DNA of 57,929 bases from Candidatus Woesearchaeota archaeon (GCA_964558795.1 CAZLFJ010000001.1:6175-64103); one strand, 5' to 3'; shown: positions 8,690-18,338, numbered from the stretch's first letter. Translations and numbers: made by a program. The notes: generated by a model from the letters alone, not told the origin.

Positions 8690-9190
8690 TTAATTTAATT
8701 GTTCAAAAGCATTAACAACATTATGTTCTAAATCAGGATTCTTAACCATGAACTTGCTAAAAAGTGTTTGAATTCTTTTGTTCCTTTCGGCAGGTTCACC
8801 CGAAATTTTCTTTAATTTTGCATAAAGAAGTATCTCCTTGTCAGAATGCATATATAGTGGTCCTTTCTTCTCAAATGTTTTCTTTTTCTTGAACTTTCCA
8901 TCAAGTATTTTTAAAAATTTCTCCTCTGAAACATCAGATAAGTTCTCCGAAGAAAAAAAAGGTTTATTGCTCTCTTTAATTAAGAATTTTGTTGAAATAA
9001 TATGATTCAAGACTCGAGTATTCAAATCATTCGAACGAGAAACAAGGATTTCCTTTTGGCAAGAGTTGGCCAAAAGACCATATCTTCTAATTGTCTTAAA
9101 GACTTTCTTTTCTACATAATCACAAAACTCTTTCTCATTAAGTTCAATTCCATTGGTAAACTTCCACACAGGATTTTTCCTTGATTTCAT
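8690..9190 (-). CDS. PP-loop ATPase-like protein lacking the SGGxDS loop
   Basis: FCDYVEKKVFKTIRRYGLL and KEILLYAKLKKI resemble TilS/TtcA/NcsA-type N-type ATP pyrophosphatases. The PP-loop position reads ILVSRSNDLNTRVL. Confidence 0.35.
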   Translation of the reverse strand: MKSRKNPVWKFTNGIELNEKEFCDYVEKKVFKTIRRYGLLANSCQKEILVSRSNDLNTRVLNHIISTKFLIKESNKPFFSSENLSDVSEEKFLKILDGKFKKKKTFEKKGPLYMHSDKEILLYAKLKKISGEPAERNKRIQTLFSKFMVKNPDLEHNVVNAFEQLN

Positions 9191-9240
9191 ATCAAGTCAA
9201 AGGGGAAGTTGTTTTTAAGGTTATTGAAAGAAGGAACAAA

Positions 9241-9854
9241 TTACTCCAAATCATATTCTTCTTTCCACTGAAAACCATCTCTTTCTAAAATAATTCTAAG
9301 TCTTGCTTTAAGTTCTAAAAGAAAAGGTTTTAACTCTGGAAAATTAACTATTGCCCTGTCCGCGAAAGTAGCTGAAAGCTCTGCCTCTCTTTGATCGTCT
9401 AGCGCAACATAATCCGATTTGATTAAATGTATCAAAGCTTCAAGTTTGTCCACTAGCTTGGCCAAATGAGATTCTCTTGTTTTTTGTTCTTCATACTCTA
9501 GCCATAAGTTGTATAATCTCTCCCCAAAATTTTCTTGTTTTTCCTTAATGTCCGTCATGACCCCCTTTCCTCAAGATGTTTTTGTTCCTTTGTAATCTCG
9601 CCCCTCACAATTCTATATTGATCAATATCCCCAGTAAATGCCTCCGCTAAATCATGTACAATACAAATTTTTAGTGCATGTAAAAAATCAACATCTTTAA
9701 TCTCTTTTTCTAAAGAAAGAGATATAAACGAGACTCCCCAAGAATGCTCTGCCGAGCTGTCTTTTACAAATTCTGGACAAGTACTGTACCTATAGGTCTT
9801 CTTTAAATTCTCAACTTCCAAAAGGAAATCCACAAGTTTCTTGTAATTATCCAT
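9241..9854 (-). pseudogene. HD-domain phosphohydrolase (YfbR/HDDC2-like) split into 99-aa and 105-aa ORFs
   Basis: ORF1 carries EHSW...IVHDLAEAFTGDI (H...HD...D). ORF2 carries the family-typical LWLEYEEQKTRESHLAKLVDKLEAL. The junction is an ATGA overlap next to a C5 run (9561-9565). One extra C/G there gives ...EERGVMTDIKEKQ... in a single frame of about 204 aa. Confidence 0.6.
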
Positions 9855-10339
9855 AAAATAATAAAATCTGTGAGCTTTTTATAATTATGGTAAAAAAATT
9901 CCCCAAGTATTGCCTTAAGGAGATTAAAATAAAATATCTCGGTCTCCAGACGTACTATTTAGAAAACATATTTGAGAAGAAAAACAAAATTGCTCAGTTT
10001 ACACTCCCGCAATACAGAAGAATATTGTTAATCTCATATATTTATATCGTTGTTCGTCATATTAATTGAGTTATAGATTATACCTCAAAAAAATAACCCA
10101 TTAATCCCGGGCAACTATATAGAAGAGTAAGGCATTACAAAACCTTCCCAGAAATTTTTGAAAGCGACTGGGGAGCGGAAGAAATTTCAAGTTTTTTGGA
10201 ATATCTCAAAGCAAAATATTCACAAGACCTAAATATCTTTTGAATAAAAAATTTCAATTCTTTTAGATATATGGAGTTATACTCGAAAAACACCTACATC
10301 TACATCGGCATAAAATAGATTATTCTTTCTCCCCAAGAT

Positions 10340-10657
10340 CTATATTCTTCCACTATCACTGCCATATCTTGTCAGTAACTCTTGTGAGACTTTTGCATAA
10401 AGGGCACTTGCTTTTTGAATTTCTTCACTGGTAGAAGGAATAGTATCACCAAAATTTAAGGCTTCACAAAGCCGAGACAGAAAAGTAGAATGAAGATTTA
10501 AACCAACACTTCTTGCAGAATCATAAAAGACCGGCCGAAGTCTTGTTGCATTTACTGTAGTCTCTGGAGAGCATTTTCCATGTGTTTTAGAATCAAAATC
10601 TATCTGACGAGTAATATCTCGAACGAAAGAATTAATTGAATTAGCACTAAAAGACAA
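10340..10657 (-). CDS. Hypothetical protein (doubtful)
   Basis: 105-aa ORF with only a TTG start, no internal Met and no TATA at -29. Confidence 0.2.
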   Translation of the reverse strand: MSFSANSINSFVRDITRQIDFDSKTHGKCSPETTVNATRLRPVFYDSARSVGLNLHSTFLSRLCEALNFGDTIPSTSEEIQKASALYAKVSQELLTRYGSDSGRI

Positions 10658-10724
10658 ATCTATTAAGACCCTATTGAGTCCATCGGAAACAAAGATTTAA
10701 TAATTTCCCAAGATAAGAGACTAT

Positions 10725-11165
10725 ATGGATAAAGATAAGATCTACAGAATACTAAAAATAATCTGTGAATCAATTGAAAAAGAAGAATTTGAATGGAGGC
10801 TAGATGGAAGTGTGAATTTATTAATTCAAGGTATAACTGATGTAAATCCCAGAGATCTAGATATTAGAACATGGGATGAGGGAATAGAAGCATTTAGAAA
10901 AAATTTAAAGAGATACATTATCCAGGATTCTTACAATGAGGAGAAGAAAGCTCATTCTTTAATCTTAAATATTTTGGATGAAGAGATAGAAATAAATTAT
11001 TATCTTGAATGGAATGAAGATAAACTATTTAAACCCAAAGAGATAAACTGGGAGGGATTGAAATTAAAATGTCTTCCTTTGATAGAGGCAGAAAATTTTT
11101 ATAGAAATATTGGCCACATAGAAGCAGCAGATAAACTAAGAAATTTCCTATCGAGTAATCAATAA
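10725..11165 (+). CDS. Nucleotidyltransferase-fold protein
   Basis: WRLDGSVNLLIQGI...PRDLDIRT resembles the G-S...D-x-D core of small adenylyltransferases. tttaataa at 10696-10703 lies at -29. Confidence 0.4.
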   Translation: MDKDKIYRILKIICESIEKEEFEWRLDGSVNLLIQGITDVNPRDLDIRTWDEGIEAFRKNLKRYIIQDSYNEEKKAHSLILNILDEEIEINYYLEWNEDKLFKPKEINWEGLKLKCLPLIEAENFYRNIGHIEAADKLRNFLSSNQ

Positions 11166-12290
11166 CTTATCCATCTCTTCTTTCAGTTTCTTAATCTCTG
11201 GTTTAGCAAAGTGTTCTCTTGCGGGAGCAAGAATCTCATTAATCTTTATAGCCATTGCAGCTTTTAGATCCATGGGATGAAGAGCCTTTTCAGCAAAATC
11301 CTTCTCTAAATCTTCGTAGGATTTATACATTTTATCCCCTCCATATTTCTCTGGTCTTTTGATTTCTAAAAAAGAACTCTCATTTATGAATACCAAATAT
11401 TTTGCCCAGTCTAAAAGAGGATTAAATTCAACTTCTCCTTCAGGACAGAAAGCCCCACCTATTTTTTTCTTAACTTCATCTTCTCCATCAACCATATAAA
11501 TTGCAGAGGTTGGAATAGATTTAGACATTTTCATTTGACTCCAAAGATCTTGTAAGTTCTCCTTTGGAACAGGCCAAACAGAAGGTTTTTGTAATCCAAG
11601 TATTAAATGACCATGAATAGCACAAGGCTTTATTTTTTTTCCTTTCTTGTTTTTTAAACCATTTTTTAATTGCAAGGCAACTTCTCTAGCAATTACCTGA
11701 GCCTTTCTTTGATCATTACCTGCGTGGGCCACATTTATATCTTGAATAAAAATATCGGCAACCTGCATTGGAGGATACATCATCAAAGCAAAATTAACAC
11801 TTTCACCTTCTTTTCTTCCTGCAATAGTTATACTCCTCTGAATTCTTGCAAGAGTCGTGTTCTTTGAAACATCAATTACTGTTTCCCAATATTTATCATT
11901 ATTATGATATAATTCAGAACCAAGAACAAATTTCAAGTCCTTTGGATCTCCGCCAACGCATTTGTATGCTGCAATTAAAGCCTCTTTGAAGAAGGGAACT
12001 CCGATTGTTTGAATGGTATGCATATCTCCACCAAGCTTATTATTTATCCAAGAATGCCAATCTGCTAGGAATATAGAAACATTCATTCCCGCATCATGAA
12101 AATCCTTTACCTTGGACATACAAACAAGACCGTGACCTAAATGAGGTTTTCCAGAAATTTCAAAACCGATATAGTGATTTATTTTTTCATCATTCTTTAA
12201 CAATTCGATTAATTCTTCTTCTCCGATTATCTCTTCAGTGTTTCTTTTTATCAATTCCAACCTTTCTTCAACACTTAATTTTTCAGCCAT
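11148..12290 (-). CDS. tyrS: Tyrosine--tRNA ligase (archaeal type)
   Basis: Colinear with the M. jannaschii TyrRS pattern: IKRNTEEIIGEEEL, GFEISGKPHLGH (HIGH), MKMSKS, KRPEKYGGD, LHPMDLK. Start revised to MAEKLS (12290) because tttaaata (12312-12319) lies at -29. Confidence 0.85.
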   Translation of the reverse strand: MAEKLSVEERLELIKRNTEEIIGEEELIELLKNDEKINHYIGFEISGKPHLGHGLVCMSKVKDFHDAGMNVSIFLADWHSWINNKLGGDMHTIQTIGVPFFKEALIAAYKCVGGDPKDLKFVLGSELYHNNDKYWETVIDVSKNTTLARIQRSITIAGRKEGESVNFALMMYPPMQVADIFIQDINVAHAGNDQRKAQVIAREVALQLKNGLKNKKGKKIKPCAIHGHLILGLQKPSVWPVPKENLQDLWSQMKMSKSIPTSAIYMVDGEDEVKKKIGGAFCPEGEVEFNPLLDWAKYLVFINESSFLEIKRPEKYGGDKMYKSYEDLEKDFAEKALHPMDLKAAMAIKINEILAPAREHFAKPEIKKLKEEMDKLLITR

Positions 12291-12331
12291 ATAAATCCTT
12301 AAAAAATACAATATTTAAATGTTTGTTCTAT

Positions 12332-12715
12332 TTAGAACAAAAGAAACAAAAGGGACACAAGTGAATAGAATATTATCTGAACACAAATCATTACTACAAA
12401 CATAATAAATGAAAGACCCCATGCAACACGATAATTACTTTTAACAAGATACATCCAAAGAATTAAACCTACGATGGCAGAAACACCCGTGGATAAAGTT
12501 ACATCAACAAAGTTCAAAACCCACCTTATAATAAACATGAAGACAGCTGTAAAAAATGTAACGCCTAAGGCAATTTCATAACCTCTTCGGACACCTAAGA
12601 ATTTTGCAGCCAAATGCAAGAAAAAAGACGCAACCAAAAGGGTCACACATGCAGCAATAACTGAATACATGAAACTACCCGAGATAATTGTATTATAAAG
12701 TTCTAAAATATCCAT
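12332..12715 (-). CDS. Integral membrane protein
   Basis: Four hydrophobic helices. Start revised to MDILELY (12715), with tttaaata (12737-12744) at -29. Confidence 0.5.
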   Translation of the reverse strand: MDILELYNTIISGSFMYSVIAACVTLLVASFFLHLAAKFLGVRRGYEIALGVTFFTAVFMFIIRWVLNFVDVTLSTGVSAIVGLILWMYLVKSNYRVAWGLSFIMFVVMICVQIIFYSLVSLLFLLF

Positions 12716-12813
12716 TACAATAAAGAACAAATGAATTATTTAAAGGTTACTATCTTTCAAATTAGAGGATTTTTCAAAAATATTACTTTTAACAAGATAG
12801 AAAAACTAAAATT

Positions 12814-13236
12814 TTACTTAGCTCCATTACTTTCTCTATAGACTGCAGGCTCATAAGTTCTAAGTTTCTCTAAATTTTGTGGACTTGGACCCATCAAATA
12901 AACAAGATTACATTTTGGACATTGCTCAAAGTGTTCGTGTGACTCTTGTGTATCTAATCTATAAAGATTGAATATTGGTCCAAAATTGATATTACCCACA
13001 AAGATTCCTTGAATATCTGCATTCTTTAATTTTTCACCATCGTAAACACAAGAATCTATGTGCCACCTAGATCTAAGTAATGGCAAATCACTATCCCAAA
13101 AAACGTTCATCCTTCTTCTAGTTTCTATTTGTTCTGGACTTTCTGCTAAATATGCTTCTACAGCTAATCTAAGTGGAATGTTTTCAACTTTCTGTGCGAA
13201 TTCTAGTAACTCTGCAATCCTTTTTTTAGTTAGCAT
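12814..13236 (-). CDS. Hypothetical protein
   Basis: 140-aa ORF with a TATA-like cttttaaa at 13258-13265 (-29). No recognisable domain. Confidence 0.45.
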   Translation of the reverse strand: MLTKKRIAELLEFAQKVENIPLRLAVEAYLAESPEQIETRRRMNVFWDSDLPLLRSRWHIDSCVYDGEKLKNADIQGIFVGNINFGPIFNLYRLDTQESHEHFEQCPKCNLVYLMGPSPQNLEKLRTYEPAVYRESNGAK

Positions 13237-13283
13237 ATTAAATAAAATCTAAACTAATTTAAAAGGATTTATGTGGTGAAACC

Positions 13284-14756
13284 TTATTCATTTTTAACAA
13301 CAATCTTCCCCGCATTCTCAAATTCAATTTCTTTAGAAAGAAGTTTTCTAATAGTTTCTTTAATCTCTGAAGATTTCACTTGTATTTGTTTTGTAGTATC
13401 TCTATCTCTAATCGTTATAAAACCTGTGTTGAGACTTTCTGGATCAACAGTTATACAATAGGGAGTTCCAATCTCATCGTTTCTTGCATACCTTCTTCCG
13501 ACAGAACCAGAATCATCGTAAGAAACATTCCATTCTTGTCTTAAATCTGTATAAATCTTTCTAGCAATTTCTACTTGTTTTTCATCTTTCTTAATCAAAG
13601 GAAAAACTGCAACTTTTACTGGTGAAAGCTTTGGATCCAATTTTAGAACAATTTCTTCTTTTGAATTTTGAGTATATGCGTCAAACAAGAAAACTAAAAA
13701 TGCTCTCTCAACACCAAGCGAAGGCTCAGAAATAACCATTGGCAAGAATTTCTTTCCAGATTCTTCATCTCTTATTTCCATAGATTTCTTTGAAACATTC
13801 TGATGCTGAGTTAAATCAAAAACCCCCCTATCTGCAATCCCCTGAAGTTCCTTAAAACCAAAAGGAAAGTTATATTCTAAATCCCAGGTATCTGTAGCAT
13901 AATGAGATTTCTCATCTTTTCCGTGTTGTCTAATTCTAAAATTATCCATATTTACTCCCAAATTCTTAAACCAATGAAGTTCGGTAGACAACCAGTAAGC
14001 ATGCCAAGGTAACATGATTATTTTATTTTTTAAGGCCTCAGAAATCTTCATCTTTTTTGCTTCAAGACCCTTTTCTTGCATTTCGGCTGAATAGACAGGA
14101 ATTTCTAAGTCAATAAGGTTGTAGGGACATTCATTCTTTTTTTCTGGATCTATGAAATATTCAATTTCCATTTGTTCAAATTCCCTACATCTAAAAATGA
14201 AGTTTCTAGGAGCAATCTCATTTCTAAAAGATCTACCCATTTGAGCAATTCCAAAAGGCAGTTTAAGTCGAGTAGTATCAGTTATTTGCTTAAAATCTGC
14301 AAAAATAAGTTGGGCAGTTTCTGGTCTAAGATATGCTTGCAAAGAATCTTCTTTAATTGGACCAACCTGTGTTGTAAACATGGGATTAAACTCTCCTTTG
14401 CTTTCCCACTGACCGCCACATTTTTCACATTTGGTTGTTTCAAGTTCACACTTATCTACTTTGGACTTGTTCTTACACTTCTTACAAACAACTGCAATAT
14501 CAACAAAGGAATCCACATGGCCCGAAGCTTTCCAAACGGAGGGATGAGTAACTATTGAACCATCAATTCCAACAATATCTTCTCTTGCATAAATATGATA
14601 CCTCCACCAAGCCTCTTTCAAATTTTTCTTAAGTTCCGCACCAAGAGGTCCAAAATCCCAAAAACCTGCTAAACCTCCATAAATCTCACCAGAAGGAAAC
14701 ACAAATCCCTTTCTCTTACAAAACATTGCCATATCATCTATTGATATCTTATCCAT
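13284..14756 (-). CDS. glyS: Glycine--tRNA ligase (archaeal/eukaryal dimeric class II)
   Basis: FVFPSGEIYGG, YLRPETAQ, RNEIAPR, FRCREFEQMEIEYF and EPSLGVERA are class II motifs 1-3 plus GlyRS-specific blocks. tttttaaa at 14778-14785 lies at -29. Confidence 0.9.
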   Translation of the reverse strand: MDKISIDDMAMFCKRKGFVFPSGEIYGGLAGFWDFGPLGAELKKNLKEAWWRYHIYAREDIVGIDGSIVTHPSVWKASGHVDSFVDIAVVCKKCKNKSKVDKCELETTKCEKCGGQWESKGEFNPMFTTQVGPIKEDSLQAYLRPETAQLIFADFKQITDTTRLKLPFGIAQMGRSFRNEIAPRNFIFRCREFEQMEIEYFIDPEKKNECPYNLIDLEIPVYSAEMQEKGLEAKKMKISEALKNKIIMLPWHAYWLSTELHWFKNLGVNMDNFRIRQHGKDEKSHYATDTWDLEYNFPFGFKELQGIADRGVFDLTQHQNVSKKSMEIRDEESGKKFLPMVISEPSLGVERAFLVFLFDAYTQNSKEEIVLKLDPKLSPVKVAVFPLIKKDEKQVEIARKIYTDLRQEWNVSYDDSGSVGRRYARNDEIGTPYCITVDPESLNTGFITIRDRDTTKQIQVKSSEIKETIRKLLSKEIEFENAGKIVVKNE

Positions 14757-14862
14757 GTTTTTCCTAGAAGAATGAGGTTTAAAAAACTATTCTTGAGAGG
14801 AGAAATTAGAGAATTAATAATATTTTCAGAAAAGATAATATGACTTTAAAGTAATAACAATG

Positions 14863-14870
14863 TTTATAAG
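14863..14870 (+). promoter_or_regulatory. TATA box of the aaRS-like/NTase/hydrolase operon
   Basis: tttataag starts 29 nt before ATG 14892. Confidence 0.5.
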
Positions 14871-14891
14871 GACCCTAACTTTTAATTATAT

Positions 14892-16052
14892 ATGGTAAAA
14901 ACGGTTGTGGCCAACCCGCCCCTTGGAATATATAAAAATCCAGATATTTCGATAGGTCAAGCATTCTACATGACTCAATTAGATGTTTATACGAGAGCCA
15001 GAAGAGACTTATTAGGAGAAGATATATCTTTTCCAACATATGCTTTTAATGTTTTTGGCAGGAGAGGAGATTTACAAGAAGATCCGGTAAGATTTGCTAG
15101 AGAATATAGAGAAAGACCAAGCTTGAGGGAAAGACTCGATCTCTGTTCTGCTGAAACTCTTTCAGATGATGAAGAATCCTTAGTAGTTGGGATTCAGTCC
15201 GATTTTATTAGACTTTTTGAAAGGGGATATCTTTTAAAAAATGGTTCCGGAGAGTTCTTTTTAGATGTTCAGAAGATAAAAGGAAAAATTAGCCTCAACT
15301 CACTATTAGAGGGGGTTTCTATGAGTGGAAGAACATCACAGGCCATACAGAGATATTGGAATGAAAATATGAATTCACCACATCAGGTTACAAAACCCAC
15401 AAGATTTTCAGTAACAAATCCTCTGGGAGGTCAGAATATTGGCCCATTATTCGGATTAGCCAATCTTTGGGACCATAAATATCCAAATGCAAATGTTGTT
15501 ATGGCCGGATCAGAAAGAAATTTGACAAATTATGTATTTTTAAGAATGTTAACACAAATGGTTTTGAGAGGAACACCAGGTGTTTCCCAAATATTTATTT
15601 ATCCTCAATTGAGATTTGCAGAGGGGGCTGAAGAGTGGGATTTGAAAAAAATGCTAGCCGAAGATTATGGTTCAGATTTCCTTAGATACGGTCTATGTAC
15701 TCCCTCTACGACTGGAGATGGTTCCTCAAGAATAGACTTGACAAAAATAAAAGAAGGCAGAAAGTTTGTTTATTGTTTAGGTAACCTTGGAAAGATATTG
15801 AATTATCAAAAGGATAGCGAATCATACTTAGATGTTTTAGATGAAGTTTTGTCTTTTGAAATATCTGCTTCATTACCAAAATTAAATAGATCTGCAAAAG
15901 ACATATCTAATCGAGCAAGAATAGCGAAATTATCTGGATCTTTTGAACAACAAAGAAGAGGATTAGAAGAAGAGTACTCCAAAATTGTAAGAACCGCAAG
16001 CATTATAACTCCTAAAATATGTAATAAGGTAATGAATCGGAAAAATGGATAA
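14892..16052 (+). CDS. Truncated class Ia aminoacyl-tRNA-synthetase-like protein lacking HIGH and KMSKS
   Basis: Class Ia order is kept. The P-x-x-G..HIGH position reads ANPPLGIYKNPDISIGQ. Next come DVYTRARRDLLGEDISFPTYAFNVFG (the Ry-R-G-dv-f-pG-D-hG block) and TKPTRFSVTNPLGG (the iSRqr-WG-piP block). The KMSKS position reads FAEGAEEWD. It ends with YGSDFLRYGL (the GaDalRy block). No CP1 editing insertion. Confidence 0.35.
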   Translation: MVKTVVANPPLGIYKNPDISIGQAFYMTQLDVYTRARRDLLGEDISFPTYAFNVFGRRGDLQEDPVRFAREYRERPSLRERLDLCSAETLSDDEESLVVGIQSDFIRLFERGYLLKNGSGEFFLDVQKIKGKISLNSLLEGVSMSGRTSQAIQRYWNENMNSPHQVTKPTRFSVTNPLGGQNIGPLFGLANLWDHKYPNANVVMAGSERNLTNYVFLRMLTQMVLRGTPGVSQIFIYPQLRFAEGAEEWDLKKMLAEDYGSDFLRYGLCTPSTTGDGSSRIDLTKIKEGRKFVYCLGNLGKILNYQKDSESYLDVLDEVLSFEISASLPKLNRSAKDISNRARIAKLSGSFEQQRRGLEEEYSKIVRTASIITPKICNKVMNRKNG

Positions 16053-16776
16053 AAATTTTTCAAAACGCTTTGAGAATCTTATAACTATTAAGGAAGAAGT
16101 CTCTAAAAAGTTAGGAGATAATGTTTCATGTGCCATTGCATATGGAAGTACTATCTGTGAAGATTTTTACTGCCACAGTGACTATGACATACTTCTTTTT
16201 TTAAAAAAATGCTCCTGTGAAGATCTAAAAGCAATTAGAGACTTAAAGAAAGATTTTTCAAATAAGGGAATAGAAATAGACTTCAATGTACATACAATTA
16301 ATGAATCTCCAACTGAAAGAAAAGAGTGTTTTTGGCACAATAATCGTTCACTCTACTTTCAAAAAGAAATAACACTCTATGGTATTGTTCTTATTGGAGA
16401 AAGTCCATTTCTACATAATAGTTTTAATTTAGAAGAATTAAAGAAAGAAGGTGTAAGGGTAGTAAACTCCTTGCTCTATCAAGCAAGAAAAATGTTAGTT
16501 AATCGCGAACTAAACGATCTAGAAAAGATAAATCTGATGAAATGGTGTATATATTCCGTTCTTTATGCACTTTCGTCAAAAGGAGTAATCACAAAAACAA
16601 AAACAGATGCATTAGAAATATTCCCTCAATATTTTAACCTAGACATCAACCCCATGATTTTTTTGAAAGCAAAGCAAGAAAATAATGTTCCAGAAGAAAT
16701 AATTACAAAAGCCTATAAGTTCTTGGAGCAGTTAGATAGTTGTTTATTTGAGGAGTATAAAAAGGGTAGAAAATAG
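16045..16776 (+). CDS. Nucleotidyltransferase with helical C-terminal domain (ANT/AadA- or MNT-like)
   Basis: AIAYGSTICEDFYCHSDYDILLF (GS-x10-D-x-D) plus a downstream IDFNVH carboxylate. 8-nt overlap with the preceding gene. Confidence 0.6.
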   Translation: MDKNFSKRFENLITIKEEVSKKLGDNVSCAIAYGSTICEDFYCHSDYDILLFLKKCSCEDLKAIRDLKKDFSNKGIEIDFNVHTINESPTERKECFWHNNRSLYFQKEITLYGIVLIGESPFLHNSFNLEELKKEGVRVVNSLLYQARKMLVNRELNDLEKINLMKWCIYSVLYALSSKGVITKTKTDALEIFPQYFNLDINPMIFLKAKQENNVPEEIITKAYKFLEQLDSCLFEEYKKGRK

Positions 16777-17449
16777 AACCAAAATAGGAGATTTGTTTGT
16801 AAGCTTTTACCTAAATGGAAGTTCAAAGAATTTAATTTTAGCAAATGGAATTCCATCTTATGTAACTAAACACCACCCCTTAGTAAAATTTTGTCAGGAA
16901 AATAAGATTAATCTGTTTATTCCAAGATATTATGGATCTTTCGAATCTAATGGAAAATTTTCTTTAGTAAATTGTATAAAAACCATAGAGGATACAACCA
17001 AGATTGTTATGTATGGCAAGACTATTGAACTTTTTGGAGAAAAAGAAATCTCTTGGGGTTGTTCAGAGATATTTGTGTTAGGATTTAGTTTTGGTGCACT
17101 TCCAGTATTAAATTCTAAGTTGCCAAAAAAAGTAATCAAAATTTTAAATTCTCCATTTATAAGTTTAGAATTAAATGAAGAGAATAATGGACCAGCCAAG
17201 GAAGAATTATATTATGTAGAGAGAGCCTATCCCAATTTGTTTAGATTTAAAACAGAAGACTTAATTAAAGAATACGGCGAAGCCTCTTACCCAGATAGTG
17301 AAGAGTTTGCTTTAATTCAGGGTAAAAAAGACGATACAATTTCTAAAAGCGAAATAGATTTTATCCTAAAAAAATATTCTCCTAGATTAATCTCCTTTGA
17401 AGGAGGACATACAATAAGTCTTGAATCATTAAAGGAATTAATTGAGTAA
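16748..17449 (+). CDS. Alpha/beta-hydrolase-fold protein
   Basis: Nucleophile elbow VLGFSFGA (GxSxG), then GKKDDTIS (Asp) and EGGHTIS (His) in canonical order. Start uncertain (TTG in the track). Confidence 0.5.
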   Translation: MRSIKRVENRTKIGDLFVSFYLNGSSKNLILANGIPSYVTKHHPLVKFCQENKINLFIPRYYGSFESNGKFSLVNCIKTIEDTTKIVMYGKTIELFGEKEISWGCSEIFVLGFSFGALPVLNSKLPKKVIKILNSPFISLELNEENNGPAKEELYYVERAYPNLFRFKTEDLIKEYGEASYPDSEEFALIQGKKDDTISKSEIDFILKKYSPRLISFEGGHTISLESLKELIE

Positions 17450-17538
17450 ACAGACTGTAAGATATAAGTATTTTTCATTCTTAGACGGAATAAATGTGCA
17501 ATTTACCTTGGATCTCATATAGTCCTAAAACAAAAAAG

Positions 17539-18198
17539 TCAAATATTTGATTTTATAAGTTTTCTGATTAGATCAAAAGCCAAGATAGCGTCTTCGTCTT
17601 TAACAATTATTGTCAGCTCCTCAAAAGTAGAAATAAAGTCTATGAGGCTAATATTATTCCACGCAAGTTCTCGAACGATTTTATAATAAACTCCAGAAGT
17701 CTCCGTACAATTTTTAGGTAAATCAAGAGTTATTCCAGAAAGATTGTTAATCTTTTTTATGATTTTAGCTTCTCCAAATATGTCCTTTAGGTCTTCTTCG
17801 TGGGCAGAGTTTGTCACAATCATAATTTCCCTTAGACCCTGGGTAGTTGTTAAGAAATCACCCCTATCTGAACAAATCCGATTATAGAGAGTTTTTAACT
17901 GCGCAGAAATCCCTTTCTCATTTTTCACAGTCATTGCAATAAGATTTAGTTTAAGATAGAGATTTGTGTTTTTATTGAAAGAAATTTTCACCTTATCAGA
18001 ATTCTCAATTCTTTCCGCAAAACGCCTTATGGCCATGTTAACTGCTGAGAATTTGACTTTCTTCTTTAGTTTCTCCTCTATTTCAGGAATTAAAGACTCT
18101 GCTAGTGCCGCATGATTAATAAGACCCCTGTTGAGAGCATCTATAACGAATGGTTGTTTCTCAATTATTTTCTCTACCCAAAAAGATATTGTTGCCAT
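17539..18198 (-). CDS. ACT-domain-like regulatory protein (tentative)
   Basis: The N-terminal IIEKQPFVIDALNRGLINHAALAESLIPEIE resembles archaeal ACT_7-type proteins as I recall them. No catalytic motif. Confidence 0.3.
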   Translation of the reverse strand: MATISFWVEKIIEKQPFVIDALNRGLINHAALAESLIPEIEEKLKKKVKFSAVNMAIRRFAERIENSDKVKISFNKNTNLYLKLNLIAMTVKNEKGISAQLKTLYNRICSDRGDFLTTTQGLREIMIVTNSAHEEDLKDIFGEAKIIKKINNLSGITLDLPKNCTETSGVYYKIVRELAWNNISLIDFISTFEELTIIVKDEDAILAFDLIRKLIKSNI

Positions 18199-18262
18199 TT
18201 TATACGTTAATTGTGAACTATTTTACATAGAGTAAATATACTATATAAATTTATTGTTTATT

Positions 18263-18337
18263 ATGGTAAGAAACAACCCCTCGCTAGAAGAAATTGTAAT
18301 AGAACAACCTCAAATATCTGAAAGGAGGTATAACTAA
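18263..18337 (+). CDS. 24-codon upstream mini-ORF (MVRNNPSLEEIVIEQPQISERRYN)
   Basis: ATG 18263 lies about 30 nt after taaatata (18233-18240). The stop at 18335-18337 is 1 nt before ATG 18339, and the ORF spans the GGAGG (18324-18328) of the next ORF. Confidence 0.25.
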   Translation: MVRNNPSLEEIVIEQPQISERRYN

Positions 18338-18338
18338 A

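Noticed and set aside
9887-10069. 60-aa ORF in the 485-bp gap between the HD gene and 10340
   Set aside because: The translation is low-complexity and Ile/Tyr/Lys-rich with no motif. An AT-rich octamer at -29 is expected by chance here. The gap also contains a start-less 45-codon frame (...FPEIFESDWGAEEISSFLEYLKAKYSQDLNIF*), so it may hold gene debris, but nothing I can support.
14172-14558. 128-aa ORF antisense to glyS. Similar long antisense ORFs occur at 23651-23977, 25538-25846, 26821-27159, 33324-33683, 43860-44180 and 46218-46568.
   Set aside because: All lie entirely inside well-supported genes on the other strand. They have low-complexity, Phe/Leu/Ser-rich translations expected as shadows of GAA/AAA-rich codon usage, and none has a TATA at -29 or an SD.
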